Below are positions 22,935 to 35,689 of a DNA stretch of 64,000 nucleotides, in pieces. The translations under genes were made by a program, and so were the position numbers. Numbering within the stretch: the first letter of the stretch is position 1; the number at the start of each line of letters is the position of its first letter. The notes under the pieces were generated by a model. The model saw nothing but the letters and a program-made list of their open reading frames with translations, was not told the DNA's origin and did no database searches. Location of the stretch: positions 103,424 to 167,423 of the forward strand of contig NW_021833742.1 of the NCBI RefSeq assembly GCF_006345805.1, written 5' to 3'. Origin of the DNA: Octopus sinensis (lineage: Eukaryota).

Positions 22935-24590
22935 ATTTTAACATCAAACAAATTTACGGAAAGGCCAATAATTTTCGGGCTCAAAGAATTGTCAAAAATT
23001 TAGTCAAATTTATAATCAGGAAGTTGTTAAAAATGATGGAAAATAGTGATAAAAAGTGGAGTGATAAATTAGAAAATGCTGTGTACAGTTATAACACATC
23101 TGTCCATTCATCTTCTAACAAAAGTTCCTCCGAAAGATATCAAGGAATAAAGAAAATGAATTCAATAATCCATGGTTATACATATATCACATAAAAAAGA
23201 AACTAATTAACTAATTAATTTTACTAACTAAGTCCAGAGCCTTTGAAGTGAGCAGAAGGTGGCACTCCACGCATCTCCTCCCCTTCCTCCTCCTCTTCTC
23301 TGGCACTGTAGACCTTCGAGAAGGTGCAGTCCAGCGCCTCTCGCTGACTAAACGTCAGGAAAGGGTTGGATCGGCGAGCATCAAACGAGACACTTTCCAG
23401 AGTCCGCTTAAGAACAGTTGACTGTATATAAGCCTGTAGAGACTTATCTACATCCAACTGTCTTAAGTACCGCTTGTGGTATTTGGTGACCAGTCCATCC
23501 CATGTCATCACACACGGGATGACATGGACTTTGCACTGGTGCATAAGTCCTAGCTCGTTTGCAAGGAGGTCATACTTCCTCCTTTTCTCCACTTCCACTA
23601 TCTGCAAACGGTCTAGGCACGTGATGCCCACCTCCACGATAACAATCTCCCCGGTGACCTTATCGTGGACCACAATGTCGGGTCTGTTGTGCTGGACAAC
23701 AATCGAGGTGCGTATGGGGGTATCCACCTTAATGCACACCCGCGAGTTCTCACACACCGATTGAACTCGATGGGTTCGCAACTTTCTGGACCACCTCAAG
23801 CCATACTTATTGCAGAGCAAAAGATGGAAGGACCTCACCACCTCGTTATGCCTCCATGTGTAATCATGGTAAAGCATACTCCCGCACTTCGTGGCTAAAT
23901 GGTCAACGGTCATTGCCTTACTCTTACAGTGGTTACACTGTTTCCGTTGACCATTAAAAAAGTTTCTATCCTGCAAATATGAGAACAACCCTTCTGATTG
24001 GGGAGAGTTATTCCCATATTTCAGCCACGTAGATGACGACGATACGTCAATGTGCGGGTTGTCCAGGCTGCTAAATAGAGTCTTGTGAAGGACTTTTAAG
24101 TTGATCTTTTTAATTAAAGACTCCTTGGAACAAATGGAAGATTTTGTTAATTGTTCGACTCCAGAATCTATTGAAAAATTATTTAATTCGATTTAAACTC
24201 TATATCTAGATTATTCCCAGTCAGACAATTTGTTTCTAACTGCAAGGAGATTCAATTTCAAAATTAACCTAATTGATAAAAATTCAAGTTATTACAAAGC
24301 TATAAACAGGAGAATGAATGTTCATAATAGTAAGTATATTTTTAGCATGAGAATAAAGCACCAGTTACAAACATTAATAAATAAGTTCGGGTTAAAAAGG
24401 ACTTTGGAACAAATCCTTCATTGCGACTGGATAAGTTTGAGTCTTCGTATTATTCTGCTGCAGAAATAATTAATATTTTATCGAATAATCGCGTTGAGGT
24501 AGTTTTAAATATTTTATTTAATAGATAAAAAATTCGAAAGGAGAAATATCTACTGTGCTAATGACTAGACTAAAAAAATAGTTAGCTGAA
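22935..24590 (+). mobile_element. Decayed Ginger-type integrase, split by an R4-like insertion
   Basis: 5' part: IKQIYGKANN..AQRIV..WSDKLENAVYSYNTSVHSS..ERYQGI. 3' part: SSYYKAINRRMNVHNSKY..KKDFGTNPSLRLDKFE..LSNNRVE|IKNSKGEI..TRLKK. Both are homologous to the element at 27011. Confidence 0.7.
23195..24135 (-). mobile_element. R4-like non-LTR retrotransposon, 3' portion with open RLE domain
   Basis: ORF 23224-23988: CNHCKSKAMTVDHLATKC, HNEVVR, HNRPDIVVHDK, VEVGIT and EKRRKYDLL (CCHC plus PD-(D/E)xK). T-rich 3' end. Confidence 0.9.
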
Positions 24591-25355
24591 TTTTATTCTT
24601 TGTAGTTTTAATAAAATGAAATCAATTGGAGTTAATCCTAGTTCAAGGCAACAGGCTGCCCATAGATATCGCGTGGCCCATGTGTATAGTATAATTTAGA
24701 TATTGATCGGTTTACAATAACAAATAAATTGCGTTCAGTTAAATTTCGATTAATTTTATATTATTAATCAATTTTTCTTTCAGATTTCTATTCTGAATCA
24801 CGAATTGTCTCAAGAAATAACAAAAAATATCTTACAAAATTATTTTGACAATTAATTAGTAAATATCAATACATTTTCAAGAAAAAGTCTATTTATAAAA
24901 TTAGGTATTTGATATTTATGAGACATATCGGGAAACCGGTAGAAGTAAAAAAACAACAAATACAACAGAAGGTTAGAAGTAAAAAATGTCTGTTTTAAGT
25001 TTTCACATTATTTACGATTATTAGCGATTTTTCTCTTTCTTACGATCGCTTTTAAACCAATTTAAAATATTATTAATAAACACACCGCAAAATAACGTTA
25101 GTAGAGTTATCTTACTTGTGCCACCCTTTCCTGGATGCGTTTTGTTAATCGCTTCCAAGTCCCTCTGTTCCTCGGGTGCTCGATTTAAAATAAACGTTTT
25201 TTAATATTAAAATCAAAATTATTCATAATGAATTATTTAAAATAATATTATATATAATATATTATTTTGCGGTTTTTATTGGTATTCCTGCACGTATGTT
25301 ATTTTATTAGTCTTTTATCTGATTCTGTTATATGCTTATTCCAATTAGTGTTAAA

Positions 25356-26755
25356 ATGACAAAATTGCTTCAAGAACTCGTCTTTATATTTATAGCAATA
25401 GAATTACTCATTTTCAAAGGTAACTTTATGACACGAAATTTTGATGTTATTATTTTTATTGATTTTTAATTCCCTAAGTATTTAGTCTGCCCGTTATTTA
25501 CGAAAATACAAGTTCGAATTCTACGGGCATACAATCGGAACTGATTTTAAATAATAAAAGGTATTTCTATTATTGATTTCAGTTATTTCAGAGATTATTA
25601 TGACATGTCCGACAATAACAAATATTTCGAGTCAATACAATCTGATTATGCGTCAACGAACAATAATACAATTAACCCGTTTGTTTGTATGACCCTCATT
25701 TTGTTAGACCGACATTGAATATTTCAAATTTGAATATCAAAGGAATAGATAACAATAACTCAGTTTCTATTAAATCGAATGGATTAGTACTTTCAACAAT
25801 TATTAGAAGTACTAAAGAAATGAATTTTACTACAACACATCAAAAAATTGTTTCTGAAAATAATTATACTAATCAACGATCAGTGATTGTCAAAAATCGC
25901 AATAATTCTAGAAATTATACAAATCAATATTTTCTGCCGAAAGGAGAAAATTTAAAAAATAACACTCCTGATCAGAATACTAAATCTTCTACTCATTTTT
26001 TAAAAAATGGTGAAAAATCTAGTGAAATTATATCTACAAAGAAAGAAAATAATAATGTTACTAAAAACTACACAACTCAATCGTCACCTATGCCAATTTC
26101 TCAGACACGTGCAAATAAAACCCAAATTATTACTAAATTTAATATCAATGATTCGAAAAAAATTTCGAATAGTGGAAACAACACAAATAATTTTTTGAAT
26201 CCGGAATTTTCAAATGGCCTTAGTAATTTGACAACTCAAAGTTTGAATGCTTCTAAAAAGAAAAATGAACATGAAAAATCATCCAAATTATCTTCAAATA
26301 CAACAGTTTTTTACACATATAATAATATTTAGATTACTTCTAGTAAACCAAGTATTCCTCAAAAAGAAAAATCAACCAGCAGATCCACTTATATTTCAAA
26401 AAACAGCAGAAAGACTATAAATAATACAAGTACACATGCAATCTTCTCAGAGGATTCAAAAAAACTGACGAGCAGTAACGCGGATTACTACAATATGTTA
26501 TTTTATGATATAAAGGGTACAAAGAACATTATAATCGGAATCACTATATCACTAGTCTTGTTAACAGGTAGTTATTATATCGTGATTTTGTATTTAATAG
26601 TCTCAATTTTGAGTTGTTTGAAATTTCGTAAGCATGTTTCGACTTTATTTATACGTAAAGGACATTATAATCCTCGGAGAGCAGAAAATGATGCTTCCGC
26701 ATTCAATGATATTGGATTGCATCCAATGTTTGGACGTCGAGAACGGTTAGTTTAA
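25356..26755 (+). CDS. Mucin-like type I membrane glycoprotein (N/S/T-rich)
   Basis: Hydrophobic N-terminus MTKLLQELVFIFIAIELLIFKVFS, a low-complexity ORF 25685-26332 with many NxS/T sequons, the TM IIIGITISLVLLTGSYYIVILYLIVSILSC and a short tail. Some junctions are uncertain. Confidence 0.6.
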
Positions 26756-27010
26756 AAACATAAATTTGCTGTAAAATATTTTTTTAATACCTTTCTATTA
26801 TTGCTTTTGATTTTTAATAATCGTTAATTCGAATAATACAGTCTAGGTAATAAATCAATAGTGAATTAAGTTTTAAAAATTTAATAAACGGATTTGATGT
26901 TTGTTTCAAAAAATAATCAAAAATACAAAAAATCATTATAGAAACCTTATTGTAAAGCGGGCTTTTGCATACAGGCCAATATGTTAAAAACTTTTTTTAA
27001 CGTTCTATTA

Positions 27011-28616
27011 TGTCGCGAGCCGAGCGCGCGACCGAGCACTAGACGCGACCAATCAAATTTACTCAATGTCAATCAATGTCAAAATAACTTATTTTATTGA
27101 TTAGATCAAGGACAATTATTATTTCTGACTGTTATAACTTCTTAAGTCGTTTGGCATGAACTTTCATTACTGATCCATCACTATTTTCCACATTGACAAA
27201 ATTGTTAGACAATTTCGCAACAATAGTGAATGGATCCCCGTATGGATGTTCAAACCTGGTTAATCTCAAGGAAGGATTTGTCCCATAATCTTTTTGAATG
27301 CGAACCTTTTAAGTAATTATAAAATAAATACAATGTCTCCAATGTTTAATTCATATTTAGACACATGCACTCCCATCTTCCTGTTCATTCTCTTATAATA
27401 TGGAGAATCCAAGTTAACTTTTGGGAAGTTGAATTCGAATTCATCTTTAGTTGAATTTAAAACATTTACTGTTAATTTCGGGAGTGTATTGAAGTTCAGC
27501 TGCCTCAACATCAGTATTTCCTAAAACAGTATTGAATCCAGGAATTCCACGATATCTCTCAAAGGGGCTAACGCCTGCAAAAAATTTAAGACAAATAATT
27601 CACCTGTAGATGAATGAGGTGTTTGATTGTACAAAAACACAGTCTTTCTTATGTGTTTTACCCACTCTTTGGTGTCATCCAAACTCATAATTTTTGAAAG
27701 GCTCCTTGTGACCGTCTGATTAAATCGTTCAACAATTCCCTGACTCTGGGGATTGTTTGGTCTTCCATGTATTTGTCGAACACAAAACTCTTCACATACT
27801 TTTGTCACATGAGAATTTTTGAATTCTGTTCCGTTGTCTGATTGGAGAAACTTGCAGGGACCAAAATCCATAAAAATATCATTCAGATTATTCGCCACCT
27901 CTACTCCACTTTTATTTTTAAGATTCCTTGTAAACGCATATTTCGAATATACGTCTATTACAGACATTAACCAAGAAAAATCATTGTTTTCATTTTTAAA
28001 TCTACAAAATAAGTTAATTTTATACCGTTTAAGATCAATTAAATCTACTTGAAATCTTTCATTAGGTAAATCAGCAACAATATGAGTTGAATCATCATAT
28101 TGTTTTAGTGGAACTGAAAATTTGCAAATATTGCATTCTTTAACAACTTGGCGAATGATCTCTCTTCTCAATATAAAAAATCTTTGCCTACATAAGGCTT
28201 CCAAAGCATTATGTCCGCAATGATTAGCTTCATGAATCTCACGTGCAATTAATTTCATCTCTTCTAAGCTCGTGGAAGCAATTACGAGCTTGTGTAGGCC
28301 GTTTACATCTTTAAGATATAGTTTCCCCTCTTTAATTAGGAAATTTTCTGCTTTCTTTTTGAGTCGATACTTCTTATGTTTGGAAAGATCGACCTCCTCA
28401 TTATTGAGTATAGATCTTAGGAAATTATATTCATCTTGATCTTTTACAAACAAACGCTGGCCCGACATAACAAAGTGTAGACAAAATTATGCTAGCGTGG
28501 ATAATATTTTATCTGGGTGAGTATGGTACGCCGGCAATTAGACTGACAGGTGGATGACAGGTATGACAGGTGTCAAAGTCGCGTCTAGCGCTCGGTCGCG
28601 CGCTCGGCTCGCGACA
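27011..28616 (-). mobile_element. Ginger-type (Ginger2/TDD-like) DNA transposon, apparently intact
   Basis: TGT...ACA ends, 39-bp GC-rich TIRs with one mismatch, and 5-bp TSD tatta (27006-27010, 28617-28621). Confidence 0.93.
27132..28468 (-). CDS. Gypsy-like integrase transposase, 410 aa, 5 exons
   Basis: HHCC (HEANH..CNIC), DD35E (QVDLID, QSDNG, IVERFN) and a GPY/F-like PYGDPFTI. Introns at 28002-28025, 27575-27603, 27445-27469 and 27306-27331 give a 1233-nt stop-free CDS. Confidence 0.9.
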
Positions 28617-28832
28617 TATTATTTGCTAATGTTCGGCCTGTCTCTCTTAATATCAGCAGATGATTACTGAATTACAGTATCCCTTAGAAGATAATTGAAT
28701 AAAATAGTAAACCCAAATGGAAGAATGGTGGATCCAGTAATGAAGAATTTTGTAATTAATTTGTTGACTCATGTGATGAAAATTTGAAAATCTCAATACT
28801 GGATATACTTAACCAAACCATTTATTAACTAA

Positions 28833-29035
28833 CTAGTTTAACAGCTCGTTTCGCGACCTAGCTCCTGTGGAGAGCCTTTTTTATTAAACAACTATAAGTT
28901 TATGTAAATATATTAAACGACCTAGTTTTATGTAACCCTAATTTTATGTACGCCTGTTGATAAGCAATGTTTGATGTCCGTCCTTCCTTGACATATATAA
29001 ATAAATTTTCTCTTCTGCCTACCCTTGAACAGTCT
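28833..29035 (-). mobile_element. Helitron 3' fragment
   Basis: The reverse complement matches 42960-43166 (gggtaggcagaagagaaaattt...caggagctaggtcgcg) and ends CTAG|T. Confidence 0.8.
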
Positions 29036-29039
29036 ATCC

Positions 29040-29650
29040 CATGTCATCACACACGGAATCACATTGACTTTACACTCATAATTCTTCCTCTTCCCGACTT
29101 CCATTCTTTGCTAACGATCTAGGCACGTGATGCCCACCTCCATGATAACGATTCCTTTGGTAATCTTATCGTGGACCACAATCCCGGGTTGTTGTGCTGG
29201 ATAACAATCGGGATTAGTTATTTTTATCTTTCAGTTACGTTGATGAGCTGATCTTTAATCAGGGATTTCATTTGAAGTTTGATCAATTCCTTTACATTAA
29301 CCTGAGTAGTAACTTAGCCGAAATCTAGTATTTTATGGTCCATAGGTGTGTACCACGAAGTTTTTCAACAACAAGAATGGAAATTCTTCTTTTGGATACA
29401 TTTGATTCACTCCACAGGGTCAGGGTCTTGTGCATTCTAGTAAGAATTCGCTTATTTAAGTGGATGATGTTACTCACTCTACGTCATAGCTGGTCGCTAG
29501 ACAAGTAAAATCTCTCCTTGTTGGTTTCTAACACGTGGAAATAATTCTCTCTGACAACAAGATCTATTCCATCGTACTCACTCGGCTCGAATTTGATCAA
29601 GCCAACGTAGTAATTTAGTAGTAAGATTGCGTATTTGTTCAGGGCACGAA
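29040..29650 (-). mobile_element. R4-like remnant
   Basis: Matches 23500-23700 (catgtcatcacacacgg, ctaggcacgtgatgcccacctcc) and carries LLNYYVGLIKFEPSEY..ERFYL. Confidence 0.7.
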
Positions 29651-30534
29651 ATAAATTTCTAAAATGTAAACTTTAATTTCTTATTAAACATTAAATCATT
29701 TACTCAATATTAATTCTGGAGCGGATCATGTATAAGCTAAAAGATGTAAACCAGTCTGTTTAGATTAACTAAAATCTGAAATTATTTGACAGGAAAACAG
29801 CTATGATAATTTATTTTTATTAAAATAATTCAAACGGTAACACTATCTTAGATGGAGATCATATTCTTTGTTTTTTATTATTTTTTAAACATCTCATCAC
29901 AATTTAAAACAATAGAATATTGTTTCAATGCGTTTTTTAGAGCATTACAAACAAATTATGTCAATCGAGCTTCGTCTAAATACAACATGCCTGAGATATT
30001 GATGTATTATTTATACCAACTGATTCAAAACATCTTTTTGAAAAAGCAAAGGAATTAAATTTGTGTTTATTTTGAAAATAATAGCAATGGGCCTGTTTAT
30101 GTATGTGAAAGATTTTGGAATAAAAAGAATAGAAATAATTATAGAATCTAGTTCTTTTATGATAAATAGTTATTATTTTAATTTATCACGAAGATATATG
30201 GGCTGAAAAATTTATAGTAGTTTTGTTCGAAATCAAAAATCGCGGAATAAACTATGGATTTAAGCAATGCTGTTAGTAGTGTTTTTTTGTGAAAGTTTCT
30301 TGATTCATTTAGGTAAAAATTTGTTTTATAAATTTAGAGTTTTCAATGAACAAGATTTATTTTGAGAATTTTCGGATAATGTGTACCTCGGGCTTTTTGT
30401 TTTAAGATTTTTCAATACTATTTTTTTAGTTCAACATTTCATCTTAATTAAATGATTATTCAATTATTATTAACAATCATTATTTTATTTTTGTAATAAT
30501 ATGTTTAAAATTATATTAGTATCCAAGAAACCAT

Positions 30535-33500
30535 ATGAAGGTTTAACTTATGTAAAAATGTTTTAAATAGTTCCTTTTTGATTTAAAACAAGATTCTAAA
30601 AAATCAAGTGTTAAATTTTGTTGGCAAAGGTTTAAAGAATTATATCTTTCAGTCATCTGGTAAATTTAATTTAATTTTAAAATTAGTGATCATCATACAA
30701 TCAAAATAATAAATCGTTTCGGCGAAACTTTCAAAGAATTCAATTTTCCTGAGTATTTCTAATTTTTTTAGATTAGTAAAATACAAAATATTGCATGGAG
30801 CCCAAATGGGTCTTATTTGGCAGCAATCTTTTCTATAAAAAGTCTATTGTTTATTTGGTGCGAGTCAACAAATAAAATTTACAACATTGAATCGAGTTTT
30901 ATGTAGAATATATTCTGTATTATTTTTCAAGTGACGGTCTCTCATGCATTTCTTGGAATAAAGATTCTTCTTTGTTAGCTTGTGGATCAATGAAGGGAAA
31001 TTTAATGATATATAATTTAGTGACGAAAAAGTTGTCATGTTTTTTAAATTAAATATTTCGATAAAATTAATATTTTAGGAAAATTCCATTGCTCGGGAAA
31101 CATATGAAATCGATTATCTGTGCAGTGTGGAATTCCAACAATATTTTAGCTTTAGCTTCTGAAGATAAACGAATTTCAATTTCCAGTGCTGACGGAAACA
31201 CTATAAGAGAAATTGCAATTGAATTTATTCCAACGAATATGAAATTTTCAAAAATGAAGTCTGCAAATAAATTTGATCCAACGGAAAATTTTGTAAGAAT
31301 TAAATGTTATATTTTTATGTAGTTATCCTTAATATCCAGGAAAAACATAATATACATGTTTGATGTAAATTCAGACGATCTTCCCCTGGAAATTGTTTTC
31401 CAGGAAAAATATGGGAAAATTGTAGATTATGAATGGTGATTTGTTATTGGGATAATTTTTATAGGTTTGGAGATTGTTATATTGTAGTAGCTTTTCATAA
31501 TGGAGTTATTGTAGTAATTTCAACATATATAAAAGAAATATATAAAGTTAATTCATTTTAAATTAAACATAGGAAATCGCAAAAACATTTGTTTTTAATT
31601 CAAAAAAATTGACAAATTTTGCAGTTTGTCATCCAACAAATAGAATCGCAATAACTTCAAACCAAAAGTAATAATAATTTTCTAGCATAAATTGAGATTC
31701 ATTTAAGAATTAATTATTGTCATTTAAATTAGTTTAGAAATACTTTCATTGGATGATATAAAAATAATTAAGCAAAACATACGAATTCAAAAAGTGACAA
31801 ATATTGAAACACTTGAATGGTCTTCTAATGGTTCTTACCTTGCAATTGGAGATTCGGACGGAACTATCTGTGTCTATTTATATAAAATTCCTGTCTTATA
31901 TGGAAAATGTAAATCAAAAATTGCCTTTATGTCATCAATTGCAGAAATTACTGTGTTTAATACAACTGACATAGTATGATGTAGTAAACTTTTTTTACAT
32001 TAGAATAACAAATGTATTATAAAATCTGTACTAGAACCGTCTTTTTTGGATATAAACGACTCTATGATTGCTGTTGGAATGAACAACAAAGTTGTTTTTT
32101 ATTCAATGGATAAGAAAAGTTTTTTTTATTTAATTAAAATTTTGGAGATTATCCTGTTGTTTTGGAAAATGATTATATCGAAATAATAGAAAAATTAAAA
32201 ATTAACAATAGCTTCATCGTTATTTTTTTTGAAGGGAAATTAAGACTTAACAAAGTATATTTTAACATACTTATTTTAATTTTTATGTGAAAAAAATAAT
32301 TTTTAGATTGAACAACAAGGAGAATTTGTTGATCTCACATTCCCTACACCTGATTGTACCGATGATATAATTGATTTTTTTCTTACAGATGATTTACTAA
32401 TATATTACACTGTATTCAATATATTTCGTTATAATATTTTAATAGAAAAATGCAGTAAAATATTTCTCTTTGACGCAATTGGCACCATCTATCACGATGA
32501 GACACGATTCGTCGATTTTAAAATTTTTCCCTTCGATCGATGGTCACTGTGGAATAATTTACGACTCGAATTTAATTTATCAATTTTTTTCTCCGATTCG
32601 AGAAACTCGGGAAAAAATTAATAACTTTATTACTGATTGTGAGGAGATCATCTGGAATCTTTATAATCAAATATACATCATACTTGCCTACAATAAGAAT
32701 GATTGTGCTATTTATGTGAAAGATCCTTTATCACTTAAAAGTATAGAAATATTAATATAATTTGTATAGAAATTGATATTACTTTGATTGAAACATTTCC
32801 GAGATCAATTAGTAGTATTCCAATTTGTTTTAATGGGACAACTTTAATAAATCTGACATCAGCAGGAACGATTGAGACAGAACAAATTGAAAATTTAAAT
32901 AATTTCTTTGATAATAAAGTAATTTATTATAAATTTCTCAATATTCAAGGTTATTTCAATTTCAGATTCATTGGTTAAAGAGTAATAATTATATATATAA
33001 TTTAGACAAAATGAAAATGACGAAAATCATTTTCAAAAAGTGATAAATCAGTTAATTGAAAATGGACAAGTTTCAGATGGTAAGCATGTATTTCTTTTAT
33101 TTATTATAATAAATTATTCTAATATCTATCCTGGCTAATCAATTATTTTGATTAAGTCAATCTCGGATTACTATTTATCAAAAAAATTACTGTTAAAATA
33201 TAATTTTAAAGCCAAAAACTATGCGATTAAAATGGGAGATTTGAAAACAGTGCTGGCTTTAAGAACCATCGAAGTATATTTTATATTAACAAAATATTAG
33301 GACTTAAATGATAAGAATCTAATTTCAGGATATCTGCTGATGATTTTAAAAAAATATGATTTGGCGCAGAAATATTTTCTTAATTCTTCATATCCAATGG
33401 CTGCTTTAGAAGTAGTTTTAAAAAGAAAATTTAAATAATTAAGATGAGAATTGATTTAATGCACTGGAATGAAGCGATGTCACTCGGAAAATCTCTCAAT

Positions 33501-35590
33501 TCAGATGTTTGTAAATTTATCGCATATGAATATGCCGAACAACTTGAGCTCACTGGAAACTACTCAAAAGCAATTGATTACTATCGCGATGCACTGGAAA
33601 TGGTCAAAGAGACTGCTTTTGAAGAAAAATCTTTGGCAGGGCTAGCTCGGGCATTGCTGAAAAGTGGAGACATTCAATCGTTTATAAAATGTTGACTATT
33701 TTAGCGGAACTAAAATGGCATTCAAATTAAAAAACCCAGAAAATCAAATTTTGTGTGGTCTTATTTTCGAAGAATTAAATGTATAAAATAACTATTTATC
33801 TAAATTAGATCTGGAAAAGTGCTGGACTGCTTTTCGAGGCCGCTGGAGAATTTGACAAGGCTGCTGAAATTTATGTAAAAGATAATTTATGGTAATCTTT
33901 CTATTCCTTATAATTTTTTAGGCATAAGATTTCAAAAATAAAAAACAAAATCAATTCTAAAAAGATTTTATTTGAACTGGGTAGAATATATGAAAAGAAT
34001 CACGAATTTGGAGAAGCAGCTTTAACTTTTCAGCAAGCTGGGGATTCTATTCGAGCAATTAAGTTAACATTATTTTAATATTTTTTTAGAATTTTGTTAT
34101 ATGAATTAAATGATTCTGAAAATGCAATTAAAATTGCCAGAAAAGCCAATTCTAGCGAAGCATTCAAAATGATAGCAAAGTAAGAAAAAATAAATTTTAC
34201 TACGCTAAACTAAATGAAACTTTATATTTAAAGATTTTTTGAAAAACTTGGAGATATTAAAACTGCAATAAGATTCCTTGTAAAAACAAAATGCTTCCAA
34301 AAAGCTTTTCAATTAGCTCAAACTCATTATCAAATGGAATTCTTCGGAACTTTAATTGGCTTGTTTTAATTTTACTTATTTAAGGTGAGTTTGAATCTTG
34401 TGAACTTTATTTTAATATTGCTGAATATTTTACTTCTCAGAATAACTTTTTAATGGCTGGAAAATTTTTTGGAATGGGGAAAAATTATGATAAAGTATTA
34501 TTTTTTATGAATGAATATGTATTAGGCACTAAATGTTCTTTTAGAAAATCCTAATTCTCAAACTCTAGATCTTGCAGTAAATCTTGCTGTAAAAACAGAC
34601 AGCGAAAGCTTGCATGCAAAAGTAATAGAATACTTTGAAAACGATGAAAAAGTATTTTTAAATGATATCAAAATTAAAGAATACGTATTATTTGATTAAA
34701 CTATTTGTTAAATTGAAAAATTACTCAAGAGCAATTATTTTGGCAAGATCCTTAGCTAACACAGAAATAAAAAATGGTATATTTAGATTTCTATAAAACA
34801 GGAAATTACAACAATGCGATGAAAATCTTTCTGGAAGTCGCAGTCCCATTAAATAATGAGGATCGGGAACTTTCTTATGATTTGCTAAACGATATTTATA
34901 TTCTTCAGTGCTATCAGTTGGCAAAAGTTTTATACAAATATATAAAATACTAGCATTATATAAAATTGGATCAACATGAACTAAGCTCACGACTTTTAAT
35001 GAATGTGATAAACAATATCGAAAAATTTTCTTCTCGTAAAAATGTGAATAATTCCTAGATTCTTTCCAAATTTTGAAAACTACTCTAATTGAATGCTATC
35101 GTTCAGATTTGGGAGACTATACCTCTGATATTTACACAATTTTATTAAAGCCACAATATTTAAATAAAATGGACGACAAATTTAAAGCAAAATTTAATAG
35201 CATTAAGTAAATTATATTTACCTAAAAATTGTAGTAAAAAGAAGGCTAAAAAAAATAAAGAAGATATTTTAGCCCCTTGCCCATTTTGTAATCAATTAAT
35301 TCCTTCAATGGAGATAAGCTGCAGACAATGTAAAAAACAACTTCCATTTTGTATTGCTTCGGTTTTTATTAGTATTTTAATATTTTTATATGAATATCAG
35401 GGGAGGCATATGAATCTAGATGATTGGTCAAAATGCCCAAGTTGTAATTTTCCAGCAAATATAAAAGAATTTAAAATGTTTATTTTATGTATTAAATTGA
35501 AGTTTTGTCCATTCCGAACAAAAATGTCCTATGTGTAATTCACCTTTGAATCAAAGTGACATTAAATTGTCATCACCAACTATACACTAG
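30535..35590 (+). CDS. WDR19: Intraflagellar transport IFT-A subunit WDR19/IFT144, many micro-introns
   Basis: MK|FLFDL..FCWQ, KIPLLGKHMKSIICAVWN, AALEMRIDLMHWNEA, and C-terminal CPFC..CRQCKKQLPFCIASGRHM..DWSKCPSCNFPA..CPMC. Confidence 0.95.
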
Positions 35591-35689
35591 TTTTTAATTC
35601 AATTCAGTAGTTTGCAATAACTTTTCGGATTTAAATAATAAATACACGTTCTATACAATTTTCCAAAAATTTATCCTTTGTATAACTAA

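Noticed and set aside
29650-30500. Intron-like GT..AG segments and ORF 29852-30058
   Set aside because: No consistent spliced ORF on either strand.
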